In this document: piece after piece, positions 23,990-37,808 of the stretch
Layout: every line of letters begins with the position of its first letter
How positions within the stretch are numbered: the stretch's first letter is position 1
Source: Vicugna vicugna
Lineage: Eukaryota
NCBI GenBank assembly: GCA_013265495.1
Contig: MU058221.1
Location: forward strand, 124,001 to 188,000
Length of the DNA stretch: 64,000 nt
Direction: 5' to 3'
Made by a program: the position numbers and the translations under genes
Notes under the pieces: model-generated
The model's database searches: none
What the model saw: the letters and a program-made list of their open reading frames with translations, nothing else
Told to the model about the DNA's origin: nothing

Positions 23990-26050
23990 TAGTCATCATC
24001 TGCCTAAGTCGTCTGACAAGTTAGCCTATTTTGCCTACTTACTTTTCCTAGTAGTAGCTTTCTTTTGAGAAACCTTGGGGTTTTCAACATTCAGTGCTTC
24101 CTTGGTCTTGTCACTGACTTTTAGGTCATGCAGGAGACAAAAAGTAGAGTTACAAGACAACATCGCAGTAGTAGCTGTTATATTTTCCCATGTATTTACC
24201 TTTACTCTGGAGGTCCTTATTTCATTGCAAGTTAGATGTAGATTCAAGTTACTACTCAGAGCCCTTCACTTCTGCCTGAAGCACTCCTTGCAGCATCTCT
24301 TGTAGGACAAGTCTAATTGCCATGAACTGCTTCAGGTTTTGTTTATCTGGGGATGTCTGTGTTCTCCCTCATTTTCACACTTGATCTTAGCCAAAAGGCT
24401 GAGAAGCGATTCTCCCTCATTTTTAAAGGACAGTTTTGCCAGATGTAGAATTCTTGGTTGACAGTATTTTTCTTTCAGCAAGTTAAAATATTTCATTCCA
24501 TTGCCTTCTGGGTGGACTCCATAGTGTCTGATGAGAATTAGCTGTTAATTTTACTGAGAATCTTTTGATCTTGAGGAATTACTTCTCCCTTGCTGCTTTC
24601 AGGATTCTCTCTGCCCTTGTCTTTTGCCAGTTTGATTATAATATGTCTTGGTGTTGGCCTCTGAGTTTATTCTACTTGGAGTTCATTGAGATTCTTGGAT
24701 TTGCAGTTTCATGTTTTTCATCAAATTTTGGGTATATTTGGCCATTCTTTCTTCAAATGTTCCTTCTGCTCCTTTGTATCTTTCTTCTGGGACATAATGC
24801 ACATGTTGGTCTATTTGATGGTGTCCCATCAGTTTTGTAGGCTGTGTTCACTTTTCTTCATTCTTTTTTCTTTCTGCTTCATAATCATGATCATTGTAAT
24901 TGTCCTGGTTTCAAGTTTGCTGATCTTTTTTCTGCCTACTCAAACTGGCTGTTGAACTCCTGTAGTGATTTTTTTAAATGTCAGTTATTGTGCTTTTCAA
25001 CCTCAGAATTTGGTTCCTTTTTATAATTTGTCTTTTTTTTTACATTCTCATTTTGTTCATACATCTCTTTTGAAATTTCCTTTAGTTCTTTGTCCATGTT
25101 TTCCTTTAGTTTCTTGAGCATATTTAAGACAGTTTACCATCTTTGTCTACTAATTCTGATGTCTCTGCAGTGATGGTTCCTATTTATTAATTCATTCCTT
25201 TGGATAGCTATACACTTCTGTGTCTTTGAATGTCTTGTGATTATTTTTGTTGAAAATTGGACATTTATATATTCTAAGCTGATTCTGGAAATCATATTTG
25301 CCCTCCTTCCCTAAGGTTTGTTTTTATTTTGATTATTGGACTGTAGTAGTCCATTTGCTTAATGATGTTTTCAAATTCTTTTTGCGAAGAATATAGTCTT
25401 TGTGTGTGATCACTGAAGTCTGTTCCTTAGCTTAACTTTAGTGTTTTGACAGATAACTTTGAAAGTCAAGAGCTAAAGAACACACACCTCTCCCCAGTTT
25501 TTTCAGATTGTTACTTTTCTAGGGTACTCCCTCAGTACTGGTCCATGCTTGCGCTAAGCCTAACAGTTGGCCTCAGTTGAAAGCTTAGGGTCTTCTAGGT
25601 CTTTTCCAAGCATGCTCCCTGTCCTGGACATGTGTGGCTAAGTTTCCTTATATATGCTTTTGAATATCCTAATTGCCCAAAGTAACTCCCTATCGCAGCT
25701 TTTTCTCCCAGTCCTTAGACAGTCTATTGTGTATCTCAGCTGTTGTCTTTTGACCTAGGCATTTGTGGATTGTTGGTTTGCCTTACACCATTTTTGAGCA
25801 ATGCCTTCTGCTTTTCTGGCCCAAGTTTCAAGTTAGGCAAAACAAAGATGAGTGTTTTGCTTTGGTCCTTCAGGCACCCCCAAAGAGGCTAGAACAGAAT
25901 TAACAATAATTTGTGAATGAGGTCTGCTCTGCTCCATCCAGAGACAAGGACCACGGTCCAACACTGAGAATGAAGCTACCATTTTCAAGACAGCTGCCAC
26001 ATCAAGGAAGGATGGTGGAAGGGCAAGTAAAGGTGCCACAAAGCTTTCCT
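23990..26050 (-). mobile_element. Old L1 fragment (ORF1/5' region), host of the U2 retrocopy
   Basis: T-rich L1 antisense text (aaggacagttttgccagatgtagaattcttggttgacag...); degenerate. Confidence 0.7.
24377..24410 (-). pseudogene. U2 snRNA 5' fragment (nt 1-34), tailless retropseudogene
   Basis: Minus strand ATCGCTTCTCAGCCTTTTGGCTAAGATCAAGTGT = U2 1-34 with one CpG transition; 13-bp direct repeats tctccctcatttt at 24363-24375 and 24411-24423. Confidence 0.93.
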
Positions 26051-26054
26051 ACCA

Positions 26055-29000
26055 ATTTTTTTTCCTGGCTTTATTGAAATATAATCGAGCACTGTGTAAG
26101 TTTAAGGTGTATAGCTCAATGATTTTACTTTCATATATAGTGAAATTACCACAGTGAGTTTAGTTCATATCATGTATTAGTCATCTCATATTTATACAAA
26201 AAATGAGAACTCAGAATCTATCTTAACAACTTTAAAGTAGGCCATATAGCAGTGTCAACTATAGTCATCATGTTGTCCATTACCTCCCTAGTACTTTATA
26301 CCTGGAAAGCTGTACTTTTGAAAACCTTCATCCAGTTTCCCCACCTCCTGCTGTCTGCCTGTTGCAAGCACAAATCTGATCTTTGTTTGTTTTGTTTGTT
26401 TCAGTTTTACAAAGATCATAACAGTATTTTGTCTTTCTCTGACCTCTGATGCACTTAAGCTGCATCCATGTTGTTGCAAATGGCAGGATTTCCTTCTTTT
26501 TTTAAATGGTGGAATAAATATTCCATTGTAAGATAAGATACCACAACTTCTTTATCCATTTTTCTGGCGATGGACACTTAGGTTGCTTCCATGTCTTGGC
26601 TGTTGTAAATAGTGCTGCTATGAACTTCGGGGTGTACGTAATTCTTTGACATAGTGTTTTTGCTTCTTTGGATATATACCCAAGGAATGGAAATAGTGAA
26701 TAATATGGCAGTTCTATTTTTGATTTTTTTGAGAAATCTCCATGTTTTCCATAGTCACTGCACCAATTTACATTCCTACCAACACTACACAAGAATTTCC
26801 TTTTCTCCAGTCCTCCCTGGCATTTGTTACCGCATGTCTTTTTGATGATAATCATTCTAACAAATGTGAGGTGATATCTCATTGTGGTTTTGGTTTGCAT
26901 TTCCCTAATGATGAATATTGAGCACCTTTTCATGCATCTATTGGCCATCTGTATATGTTCTTTGGAAAAAAAAGTCTATTCAGGTACTATTTTAAATTCA
27001 ATTATTTGTTGTTTTGCTATCAACTTGGATGAATTCTTTATGTATTTTGGACCCAACCTCTTATCAGATATGGGGGTTGCAAATATCTTTCCCATTGTGT
27101 AGGCCGTCTTTGCATTATGTTGATTGTTTTGTAGAAGTTTTTAGTTTCTTGTAGTCCCACTTATTTTTGATTCTGTTGCTTTAGCTTTATGTGTTGTATC
27201 CAAAAAATCATTGCCAAGACCCATGTAAAGGAGCATTTTTCCTATGTTTTCTTCTAGGAGTTTTAAGCTTTCCAGTCTTACATTTAAGTCTTTAATCCAC
27301 TTCAAGTTAATTTTTTTGAGTGGTGAAAGACAGGGATCTAGTTTTATTCTTTTACATATGAATATCCAATTTTCCAGCACCATTTATTGAAGAGACTTTC
27401 TTTTCTCCATTGAGTATTGTTGGCTGCCTTGTCAAATGTTGGTCGATGTATATGCCTGGGTTTATTTCTGGGTTTTCAAATCTGTTCCATTAGTCTGTGT
27501 GTCTGTTTCTATTCCAGGACCATACTGTGTTGATTACTATTAGCTTTTAAATATAGCTTGAAATCAGAAAGTGTGATACTTCCTGCTACTCCTTTCTCAG
27601 GATTGTTCTGGCTATTCAGTATCTTTTGTGGTTCTGTACGTGTTTTAGGATTTTTTTTTTCTCCTATAAAAAATGCCGTTAGAATCTTAATAGGGATTGC
27701 ATTGAATTAATAAATGGCTTTGGGGAAGATGAGCATTTTACAATATTAATTCTTCCAATCCATGAACATGGGATACCTTTCCACTTATTTATATCTTCTC
27801 CAGTTTCTTTCATCGATGTCTTGTAGTTCTAAGTAAGAAATCCTTAAGTTTTTTCTTAAGTATTTTTGTTTATTTTTGATACTATGGTAAATGGAATTTT
27901 TTTTCCAGCTAATAGTTGTGTTTTTGAATGTTACTTTCATATCCTGCAACTTTACTAAATTTGTTGATTAGATCTAACAGGTTTTTTTTGTTTGTTTGTT
28001 TGGTGGGGGAGGTTTACTTCTTTCTTTCGAATTCTGATGCCTTTTAGTTCTTTTTCTTGTCTGACTGCTCTGGCTTGGACTGCCAGTACTTTGTTGAATA
28101 GTAACGGTGAGAGTGGGCAACCTTGCCTTGTTCCTGATTTTGGAAAAGCTTTCAGTATTTTCCTGTTGATTATGACGTTAGCTGTGGTCTTGTCCTATAT
28201 GGTCTGTATTACTTTGAGGTTTGGTTCTTCTGCACTTAGTTTTCTAAGAGTTTATATTATCAGTAAATGTTGAATTTTGTCAAATGCTTCTTCTGTGTCT
28301 TTAATAGAATTAAAAAAAAAATCTGATGTGCTGTATCACACCTGTTCCTTTGTGGATGACGAGCCATCCCTGCAGGGGTAAATCCCAGTTGATCATGGTG
28401 AATGATCCTTCTAATTTGCTGCTTAATTTGGTTTGCTAGTATTTTTCTGAGAATATTTGCATCCTATTCATCAGGGGTATTGGCCTGTAGTTTTCTTGTT
28501 GCGTCCTTTTCTAACTTTGATGTCAAGTTAATGCTGGTCTCATAAAATAAATTTGAGAGTATTTCCTCCTCTTCAATTTTTGGGAAAATTTTGAGAAGGA
28601 TTAGTATTAATTCTCCTTTATCCTTGGTAAAATTTACTAGTGAAGCCATCTTGTCCTAAGCTTTTCTTCTTTGGGATTTTTGATTATTAATTCAATCTCC
28701 TTACTAGTACTTAGTCAGTTCAGATTTTCAATGTCTTCCTGTTTCAGTCTTGTTAGGTTGCATGTTTCCATTTCTAGGTTATCCAGTTTGGTGGCATATA
28801 GTTGTTCATAGTAGGTTCTTATGCTCCTTTGTATTTCTGTGGTATCAATTTTAAATGTCTCCTCTTTTGTTTATAATTTTATTGTTTGAGTCCTTTCTCA
28901 TATTTCCTTGGTTGGTCTAGCTAAATGTTTGTCAGTTTTGTTTATCTTTCAAAGAACCAACTCTTTTGGTAATCTTTTGTATTGTTTTTCTGTTCTCTAT

Positions 29001-32000
29001 TGCATTTATTTCTGCTCTGATCTTCATTATTTCCTTCCTTCTGGTAATTTTGGGCTCAGTTTGTTCTTTCTTGTCTAATGCCTTGAGATGTAGAGTTAGG
29101 TTGTTTGAGATCTTGCTTGTTTCTCAATGTAGGTGTTTTTGCTATGAACTTCCCTCTTACAATTTTTGTTGCATTCCGTGAATTTTGGTGTATTGTGTTT
29201 TCATTTGCATTTGTCTCAAGATAATTGTTTATTTCCGCTTTCTTCGACCCATTGGTTGTTCAGAAGACTGTTTAATTTCCCTGTATTCACGAGTTGTTCA
29301 GTTTCCTCCTGTTGTTGATTTCTGGTTTCATATCATTGTGGTCAGAGAAGGTACCTGGTTTGACTTCCATCTTCTTGAATTTGCTTAGACTTGTGGTCTA
29401 CCATACGGTCTGTCCTAGAGAACATGCTGTTTTGGATAGAATGTTCTGTATGTCTGTTAGGTTCATTTGGTCTCTAGTTTCAAGTTCACTCTTTCCTCTT
29501 TGATTCTTTGTATGGATGATTTATCTATTATTGAGTCATGTATTAAATTTCCCATTATTGTATTGCTGTTTATTTCTCCTTTTAGCTCTGTCACTTTTTT
29601 ATATATTTAGGTGCTCCAGTGTTGGGTATTCTATCTTGATGGATTGATTCCTTTATCATTGTATAATGATCTATGTCTCTTACCATTTTTAGTTTAAAGT
29701 CTATTTGGTCTAACATAACTACTGCTTTTGTTAATGTTGTTATTAATTGCTTGAAATATCTTTTTCCATCCCATCATCCTCAGTCTATGTGTGTCTTTAA
29801 GACTAAAGTGAGTCTCTTGTAGGCAGCATATTGATGCCTGTTTATCCTTTTATACATTCAGTATCTTTTGACTAAAGAATTAATTTATTGATGTTTAGGG
29901 TAATTATTGATAGGCAGGGACTTACAGTGGCCTTTTTGTTGTTTATGTTCTGGCTGTTTTTTTTTTTCCCCTTGTTTGATGTCTTTTGGTGTCAGTATGT
30001 TTTGACTTTATCTTGTTCTTCTGTGTAATTACTACAGGTTTTCTCCCTCATAGTTATGAGGCTTACATAAGGCTTAAAATTGTAACACCCTGTTTTAAAC
30101 TGATAACAACTTTGATAGCATCCCTACTGTTTACACTGTGACTTCTCCCCTCACATTTTAGGTTGCTGATGTTATAGTTTATATGTATTTTTATATCATG
30201 CATCCAACAGGTTACTGTATTTACAGTTATTTTCACTGTATGTATTTTGACTTTTGAACTAGAGCTATGATTTACATGCCACCATACCATATTACAGAAT
30301 CTAACTGACTGTCATTATCAGTGAGTTTTAAACTAACTTCTTACATTTTTATTATGTTAATTTGTGTTCTTTTACCTTCATTCAAAGAAATCCCTTTACA
30401 ATGTCTTGTAAGGAAGGTTAATGCTGATGAACTCCTTAAGCATTTTGTTTGGGAAAGTTATCTCCTTCATTTCTGAAGGATGCCTTCTCCAAGTATGGAA
30501 TTCCTGGGTGACAGTTATTTCATTTGATTCTTTTAATACATTGTCTCATTTTTCCCTGGCTTGATAATGTTTCTGTGAGAAATCCACCAATAGTATTACG
30601 GGGTTCCTTTGTATACTTTTTTTTTTTCTACTTTCAAAATTCTTTGTTTTGACTCTTGACGATTTAATTATCATTTCACTCAGTGGTGGTGTCCTTGGGA
30701 CCTTATGGATCAGAATGTCCATTTCTCTCCCAAGGTTATGAAAGTTTTCAGCCATTATTGCTTTAGACATACTTTTCCCTCTTTCTCTTCTCCTTGGGGA
30801 ACTCCTATAATGCAGATATTGTTTCTTTTCATTGTGTCCGTAAGTACCATAGATATTTTTTTTCCACTGTTTTCTTTTTGCTCGTCTGATTAGGTATCGT
30901 TGATTCTTCTGCACGGTTGAGTTTGCTTGGGAAGCTCTCTATCGAGTTCTTCAGTCATTGTATTTTTCAGTTCCAGGTTGGTTGGTTTGTTTTTTCCTTT
31001 TAGTTTTGTTTTTGGATGGTTTCTATTTTTGTTGAATTTGTTTTTTCATGCATTGTTTTCCTAATTTCCTTTAGTTGTGTGTTCTTGTAGCTCACTAAAT
31101 TTCTTTAAGAGGATTATTCTGATTTCTTTTCCTGACAATTTATAGCTCTCCATTTCTTTAGGGTCAGTTACTAAGAACTTTATTAGTTTCCTTTGGTGCT
31201 GTCATGCTTATTGGTTATTTGTGATCCTCTGTTCCTTACATTTTATCGGTGCATTTGAGTTAGCAGTCTCCTCTTCCAGACTTCATAGGTTTGCCTTGGC
31301 AGTCAGCTCATTTTGGCTTTTGGACCTGTCAACTGGTAATATCTTAGGGCATGTGCGTCTTGCTATCAGGGTCTATTTTGGGGCGAGACCACAGCCTGAG
31401 ATCTGAGATTTGGGGAATGTCACTGGCTGAGAACAAGTGAAAGGACATCTGGCTTGGTTCCCTGCCCATGCGAGGCCGTACAGGTTCTCCAGTTGGGGCT
31501 ACTATATGGTCAGGACTAGGTACTATATTCAGCAGTTAGCTTACCTGACCAGGTAGGTCCGAGGTCCTATACAGCTTATTGTTTGGGGACCTGAATCGGG
31601 TAAGACAGTACGCTGAATTCCTTGGCTAGATGGGGCCACTACTTCTGCAGACAGGGAAATGATGACCTGGATCTGTGTTCAAGTGCCACTGTAAGCAGAG
31701 CTGCTAGATGGGTGGATGGGCTGTGCAGCTTCCCAAGTGCTCTGCTTAGGTTCACTGGCTGGGTGGACAAAGCTACAAATTAATTTTCTTGTCAGGCAGA
31801 GTGGAAGAATCAGATCCAAGGTTGGTAAGGATCTTCATGGTCTAGACTCAGGCCAATCCCTGCCCCAAGTTCCCTGGCCATATGAGGTCACTGGCTTTGC
31901 AGATGATCAGCTGTGCCTGCCAGTCTGTTGGATTGCTGCTGGGCCAGTTTTCCAGTTGTTTTAGCCAAGATTTCTGGTTGGGAGGGACTGGGAGCTACAC

Positions 32001-32342
32001 TCAGCAGAGGGCAAAGCTATGAATTACCTCCTTGCCTGGGCAGGAAAAGGGAACCAACTCCAAGTCTAGAAAAGCTATGTTTGTGGTCTTGACTCAAGCC
32101 AACTCTCACCCCAAGTTCCCTGGCTGACTGGTGTCACTGGCTTTGCTCTGTGGATGACCAGCTCTGCCTACTGCTCTGTCTGCTGGAGCATTGCTTGGTT
32201 ATACAGCTTTCCAAGTGTTCCAACCATGCTTTCCCTGTAAAGTGAGACCAGAGTGGAACTCCCAAGAAGTGACCAATGCTGAGGGAGCTGGATGTCCATC
32301 TTGGGCTCTTTTTTCTCACTGGAGTAACTGTAGGCTCAGTGG
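26055..32342 (-). mobile_element. Long degenerate L1 (L1MA9-like): 3'UTR, ORF2, ORF1 and part of 5'UTR
   Basis: Minus-strand ORF remnants with L1 ORF2 motifs (TPKFIAALFTTAKTWKQPKCP; KINLKWIKDLNVR; FYETSINLTSK) and ORF1 motif (MAENFHNLGREMDI); many frameshifts. Confidence 0.9.
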
Positions 32343-32999
32343 CTCCAGTGGTTGACAATGTCCCCTGAAAATTTAAAATGTACCTCACCTTCCCACACAC
32401 AAAAAGTCCCACAATGCCTCTGAGTTCACAGTGGTGCCCCAGGGTATCTCAGATTAGGTTGGGAACTGTGGGTCTATAGGCATTTAATTCTGTCATGCAA
32501 CCATACAAGAAAATACTCAGAATAGTCAACCTTAATGCTCTTTTTAACATTTTGTAAGATGCCTGTAAAATCTGTGTTAAAAAAAAAAACAAACCAATGA
32601 CTGGACTAACTCCATGAAATCTGAGTACTTAAGAGAGTATTATCAACGTAAATGTATTTGCCATAAAGAATCTTCCTGGGACATTTCTGGTTAGCGGATC
32701 ATACTGAAATATCCAGGGCAGTTTTTCTAAGGCACTGTTCTTGATGGGAACTTGTTGGGTTTGGGCAGAAAAGGGCTGAGAACTACTGGTCTAATGGACT
32801 GTGTGTGTTAAAAGCAAAGACGTCTGCGATATCCCTATTAGTTTTCCTCTGTTAACATCCACCGATGACCTTCAAAAACAGTATCAAGAAGGGCAGTCAG
32901 TGTGGTCTTCAGTGGTGATCAGCCCATTGGTAATACTATCAGAGACAGTTCACTATTCCAGACACTTGTCTGCCTTAAAAGGCATTTTAAAAAGCTGAT

Positions 33000-34860
33000 G
33001 CATAATTAATGTACAATACACAGATACTGGGTTTTGTTTCTAACAACTGAATATACCCATGTACCCACTGTACAAATCAAGACAGAACATTTCCATCACC
33101 ACCAAAAGTTTTTTTTTTTCATTCTTTGATCATTTTAGATGTCTGTTCTTGTATTTAATACATCCTGAATCATAAAGTATGTATTCTTTCCTAACTTTTC
33201 ATTTAATGATGCTTTTGAAGTTTACTTACTGTACACAGTTTATTTCTAATGCTGTTTTCCATTTATGAATCTACCATTTATCCATTTTGATTATAGTCTT
33301 GGGCTATTATATTATCAGTAAGGCTCCTATCAACAGTCTCGTATAATCTTTTCTTGTGAATGTATTTTTATTTTCTTGGGCAGATACCTAGGAGTGGTAT
33401 TGCTGAGTTGTATGGTAAGTAAATGTTTAACTTTAGTAAGAAACTGATGAACAGTTTCCCAAAGTGGTTTCATTTTACACTTCCCTCAGCAACCTAGGGA
33501 TGTTCGAATGGCTTCATATTCTAGGCAGCATTTATTGATGTTAGTCTTTTTCAGTCATTCTAGTGGATGTGAAATGGTATCATTATGGTTTTAATTTGTA
33601 CTTCCCAGTGGACTGAAGATGCAGAATACCAAAAAATCTTTACCTATTCCAAGACCAAAGATAGTGTTTTTTTCCCTACAAGCTTTCATTTCTGGGTTTT
33701 ACATTTAGATCTGTGATTCATGTGGGTATATTAAATAAGGGTCAAGGTCATTTTATTTCATATATTTAGTTGTTCTACCAATACTGTTATACTCTCCTTT
33801 TCCCACTGTATTAACTTGGCACTGTGGTCAAAAATTGAGCGTATACGTGTAAGTCTGTAACAACTCTTGATTCTGTTCCATTGATGTATTAATTTATTCT
33901 CATCGTAATACCACAGTCTTGCTTACTGTAGCTTTATAGTAAGTCTTGAAATCAGATAAAGCAAGTCTTCCAACTTGGTCTTATGTTTCAAGATTAGCTT
34001 GGCTATTTTAAGGTCTCTGTACTTTCACATAAATTTTAATTTTCATGTATTTTAATCAGCCAGTTTTTTTTTTTAAGCCTGACAGCATTTTGATAGGGGC
34101 TGGATAACTATTAGTCAGTATAGGAGGAAGATACCGTGAACAAAAATTGAGTTTTCCAATTCACGAGCATGATACATGTATACTTTCATTTAAGTTCCTA
34201 ATTTTTTTCTCAGCAATTTTTGTATTCCTCAGTGCAAAGGTCTTGGGTGTCTTTCTATACATTTGTTCTTAGGTGTTTGATGTTTTTCGTTGCTACTGAA
34301 GTTACTGTTTTTAAAATTCAAGTTTCCAGTTAGACCACCAGCATACCCCTGGGCTCTTGATTTCTGTAAGATCTTGCTAACTTCACTTATTCTGGTTGAA
34401 ATTTTTTTCTTTTGTAGAATACATAAGGCTTTTTTATGGAAACAATCTTATCATTTGTGAATAATGACTCTTACCTCTTGAGTGAGTTTTAATCTTCATG
34501 CCTTGATTGGTGAGGGCAGACATCTTTGCTTTAATACTTCACCATTATTTATGATGTTAAGTGTGGATGTTCTTTTGCAGGTGCTCTTTATGAGGAATTT
34601 ATATTCCTGTTTTTATACTGTAAGAAGGAATCACTGGGTTGATCATGTGGTTTTCTTCTTTTACTCTGTTCATGGTTTATTTTTAATGTTAAACCAACCT
34701 TGCCTTTCTGGAATAAACCCTATTTGATCATGATGTATTACTATCCTTTTATATATCACTGGGTTCAGTTTGTTTTAAGGACTTTATTTCTATATTCATG
34801 AGGAATATTGGTCTGCTATTTTCTTCTGTTGTAATATCTTTTTCAGGTTTCATATCATAC
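33000..34860 (-). mobile_element. Ancient L1 (L1ME-like) fragment
   Basis: Degenerate L1 ORF2/3'UTR antisense text (tacctaggagtggtattgctgag; tactgtagctttatagtaagtcttgaaatc). Confidence 0.75.
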
Positions 34861-35462
34861 ATGGTATTTCTTAAGAATCATCTATATAAATATTTTGTTC
34901 ACAGGCCTAAGAAATCCAAAATGACTCAGTTTTTTCTTAGGTATGTTTTCATGGCCATTGAAATGTTCCTAATAGCCATATGAAAAAAGTTAAAAAAAAA
35001 TCATCTGTCTGATTCTGTAAAAATTTTACATTCTTTAAGTAAACAAAAAGCTGAAAAAACCCGGGGAAAGAACTGAGATGTGAGATGAGTTGCTAACTCA
35101 AAGGTGTGTTTTTGCTAGTTGCGTTTCTCTTCTTCATTCCATCCATTTCACAGAAATAGGAAAACAGGGGGGAATAAAAAATAATTCTGCACTGAGGATT
35201 AGGCAAGCTTAAAAAATGTTTTTGAATAACCTCAATTATAGTATATGATGGATAAATATCTTGAGATTCAAACTCCAAGCATGATGAAATTTAGTTAAAA
35301 ACTAGTGGGCATTTTTATCAATTTGTAGTTTTAAAGCGGTTCTAATATTTTCCATTCTACAAAAAGCAAGAGAAATCTCTCTGTCAAAGTTAAAAATGTA
35401 AAGGACCATGTAACACACCTTTAATTAGAAATGCAGAAGTCAGGGAAATTTCAAATGTATAC

Positions 35463-35468
35463 TTTAAT
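35463..35468 (-). terminator. GCFC2: Candidate GCFC2 polyadenylation signal (ATTAAA); alternative AATAAA at 35668-35673
   Basis: TTTAAT and TTTATT on +, 1.4-1.6 kb downstream of the stop; which is used cannot be told from sequence. Confidence 0.35.
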
Positions 35469-36220
35469 AGTAAAAAAAATTACAAATTTTATACACAATA
35501 AAGCATCTGCCGTTTATATAAAAAGCTGTATGTGTATACACACACATATAAGAAGAGAAAAGATCTGAAAGGGTAACAAAATGAAAATAGCAGTTACTTC
35601 TGGGAACAATAATTGTTTAAGAATGTTAAAACCTTTTTAGCAATGGCTTGACTCTTCTATATGAGAATTTATTGTGTAATTTATGGAACTAAAGTAAACT
35701 TTAAAAAAACGTTCATACCAGTGAATTATGAGTCTTCACTGCAGTAGAAATTACATGCCAGTCTGTTAAAATATATTACATGCAGCTTCAAAACTAGCGG
35801 TGATAAGGTTAGAGGCCACATGCTCAAATTCTACAATATAATCAATTTTCCTGATTATTTTCTGGACAATTTACATAATGTCCATTTAGGGTTGCGCTCA
35901 ACTTACTTAAACAGATTCAAGAAAAATTAGTAAACTCACTTTGAAAAATGTTTTGAAAAATGTTCTCAATTTCTATTTGATTCAATGACTGTCCCTCAGA
36001 CTTTCTAAATTACTAAATCTTTTATCAGAAAATGAATCATACGGTCTGAATATTTAAAATACTTGTTTCCTATCTAAGCCTACCACCAATGACAAAAAAA
36101 AAATAACAAAAAGGAGTAATAACTATCTGTAACATCCAAACACTTAGTACACCAAAAACATACACAAATTTAAAGAAAACAGCAAACGGAAAACTGTAAC
36201 ATATCACAGGCAAAACATGA

Positions 36221-36400
36221 TTATAAGTCTGTGAGAAAAATAGATATTTCAAAAAGAATTACAAATGGCCAAAAAACAAGTAGTCACTCTAGTAGTCACC
36301 TTAAAATATACAGCTCTTATAAGTCTGTGAGAAAAATATTAATAGATATTTCAAAAAGAATTACAAATGGCCAAAAAACAAGTAGTCACTCTAGTAGTCA
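36221..36400. repeat. Direct duplication of about 78 bp with 18-bp spacer in the GCFC2 3'UTR region
   Basis: 36221-36298 and 36317-36400 are identical except for a 6-nt indel (tattaa). Confidence 0.92.
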
Positions 36401-37030
36401 AAATAAATAATTAAGATTTTTGCCACCTATTAAGTGCAAATGAGTTAAAAAAACGGTAATACCTATTACTGGTGGAGACTCACTGGCCTCTCTTACCCTT
36501 GTGCTGGTGCAATGCACTGGTGCAGGTTTCAGAACAATCTGACAAGCATTAGTCATCACAAGTCTCAATGCCTTAATCAGTAAATACTTAATAATTCATT
36601 CCAACTAAGATTTTCATTTTAACTTACTTGTAAATAGACATAGTTAAAATGAAGAGAATTAATAATGTTTTTATGGTTCAGGACAGAAAACTCACCAAAA
36701 CCAAAATAGCTATAAGCAAGCTTTCTTCAACTCCTTTCTTAAAGCTGGAAAAGTCACCAGAAGAATCAAGCAAAAATATATTAAACTCTTAATGTTCCTG
36801 TGTGCTTAATTCCTGCAAATACCACAAAGGAGGGGCAGGCTTCACGATATCAGAAGGTAGAAGGTGGAGGGAACGGAAGTTCAGAGTCCTGCTTTTTTGT
36901 TTTTACAAATCCTCCCCACTCTGTTACTAAGAATAAAGAAGAGGCGACAGCTTTTTTACCCCCCTCCAAGCAAAAGAGCCGAGTGTGACTATATTAACAT
37001 CTCATTTCAGTACCTTCATATGAAGTCTCC

Positions 37031-37148
37031 TCAAACTTCTTTAATTACTGATTTTAGATGGTCTAGGTTATGTTCTTCTATGAAGGATTCTGCTTGATTC
37101 AAAGCTTTTATTTTCACTAGAATAAGAGTTATTTCCTTGACTTCATCC
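37031..37148 (-). CDS. GCFC2: GCFC2 exon 17 (terminal, coding part)
   Basis: [49 protein letters not shown] (TGA 37033-37031); the 12 exons total 1513 nt with consistent phases. Confidence 0.95.
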
Positions 37149-37711
37149 CTGAAAAAAACCAAAACAAAAAGCATTTTCCCTCATAGAAATGCAATGTATA
37201 AGGGCACAGTGAATCATCAGTTGTTAATCTGAAACAGAAACTTTACCTTATACCAGTATCTAAAATAGCATCAACTGTTAAGATGCTACCTCCTCCACAT
37301 AACCATGAGGTTCAAATACAGACCATTAGTGGATGTATTCTGGTAAATTTTAATGTGAATGACTGAAAAAGCAGAAAAGCGAAGAGCAATCTGTCATAGA
37401 AATCTGAGTTGTGGTATGGTGCTACCAGCTCACATGGGCTATCACAGTGGGAGTATTTATCCCACAGATATCATCAAAAGCTACAAATCTGAGGTTTTAA
37501 GGTTTTTTTCTTTTGGAGAGGTGGTTTACCAGAACACCACTGTGCTTAAGTCCCTAAACATCTAGCGCTGTGAATGAGACACCCAAAACGAAGATCTAGC
37601 TACTGCTGGGTGAACGCCAGGCTGCAGATCTGTACTTAAACAAGTGTTGAGATTTTGAAATGGCCAGGAAAAATAAAGAGACATTAAAAACATACTTATT
37701 AAGAGGCTTTC

Positions 37712-37808
37712 AAAAATGAATATATGTATATTCATGTATGACTGAAGCTTTGTGCTGTACAGCAGAAACTGACACACTGTAAACTGACTGTACCTCAGTG
37801 AAAAAATA
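37712..37808 (+). mobile_element. Very short L1 3' tail insertion
   Basis: L1 terminus (tgtaaactgactgtacctca) flanked by perfect 11-bp TSD aagaggctttc (37701-37711 and 37809-37819). Confidence 0.88.

Noticed and set aside
26502..30914. L1 ORF1/ORF2 fragments as active genes
   Set aside because: Broken by many stops and frameshifts; dead element
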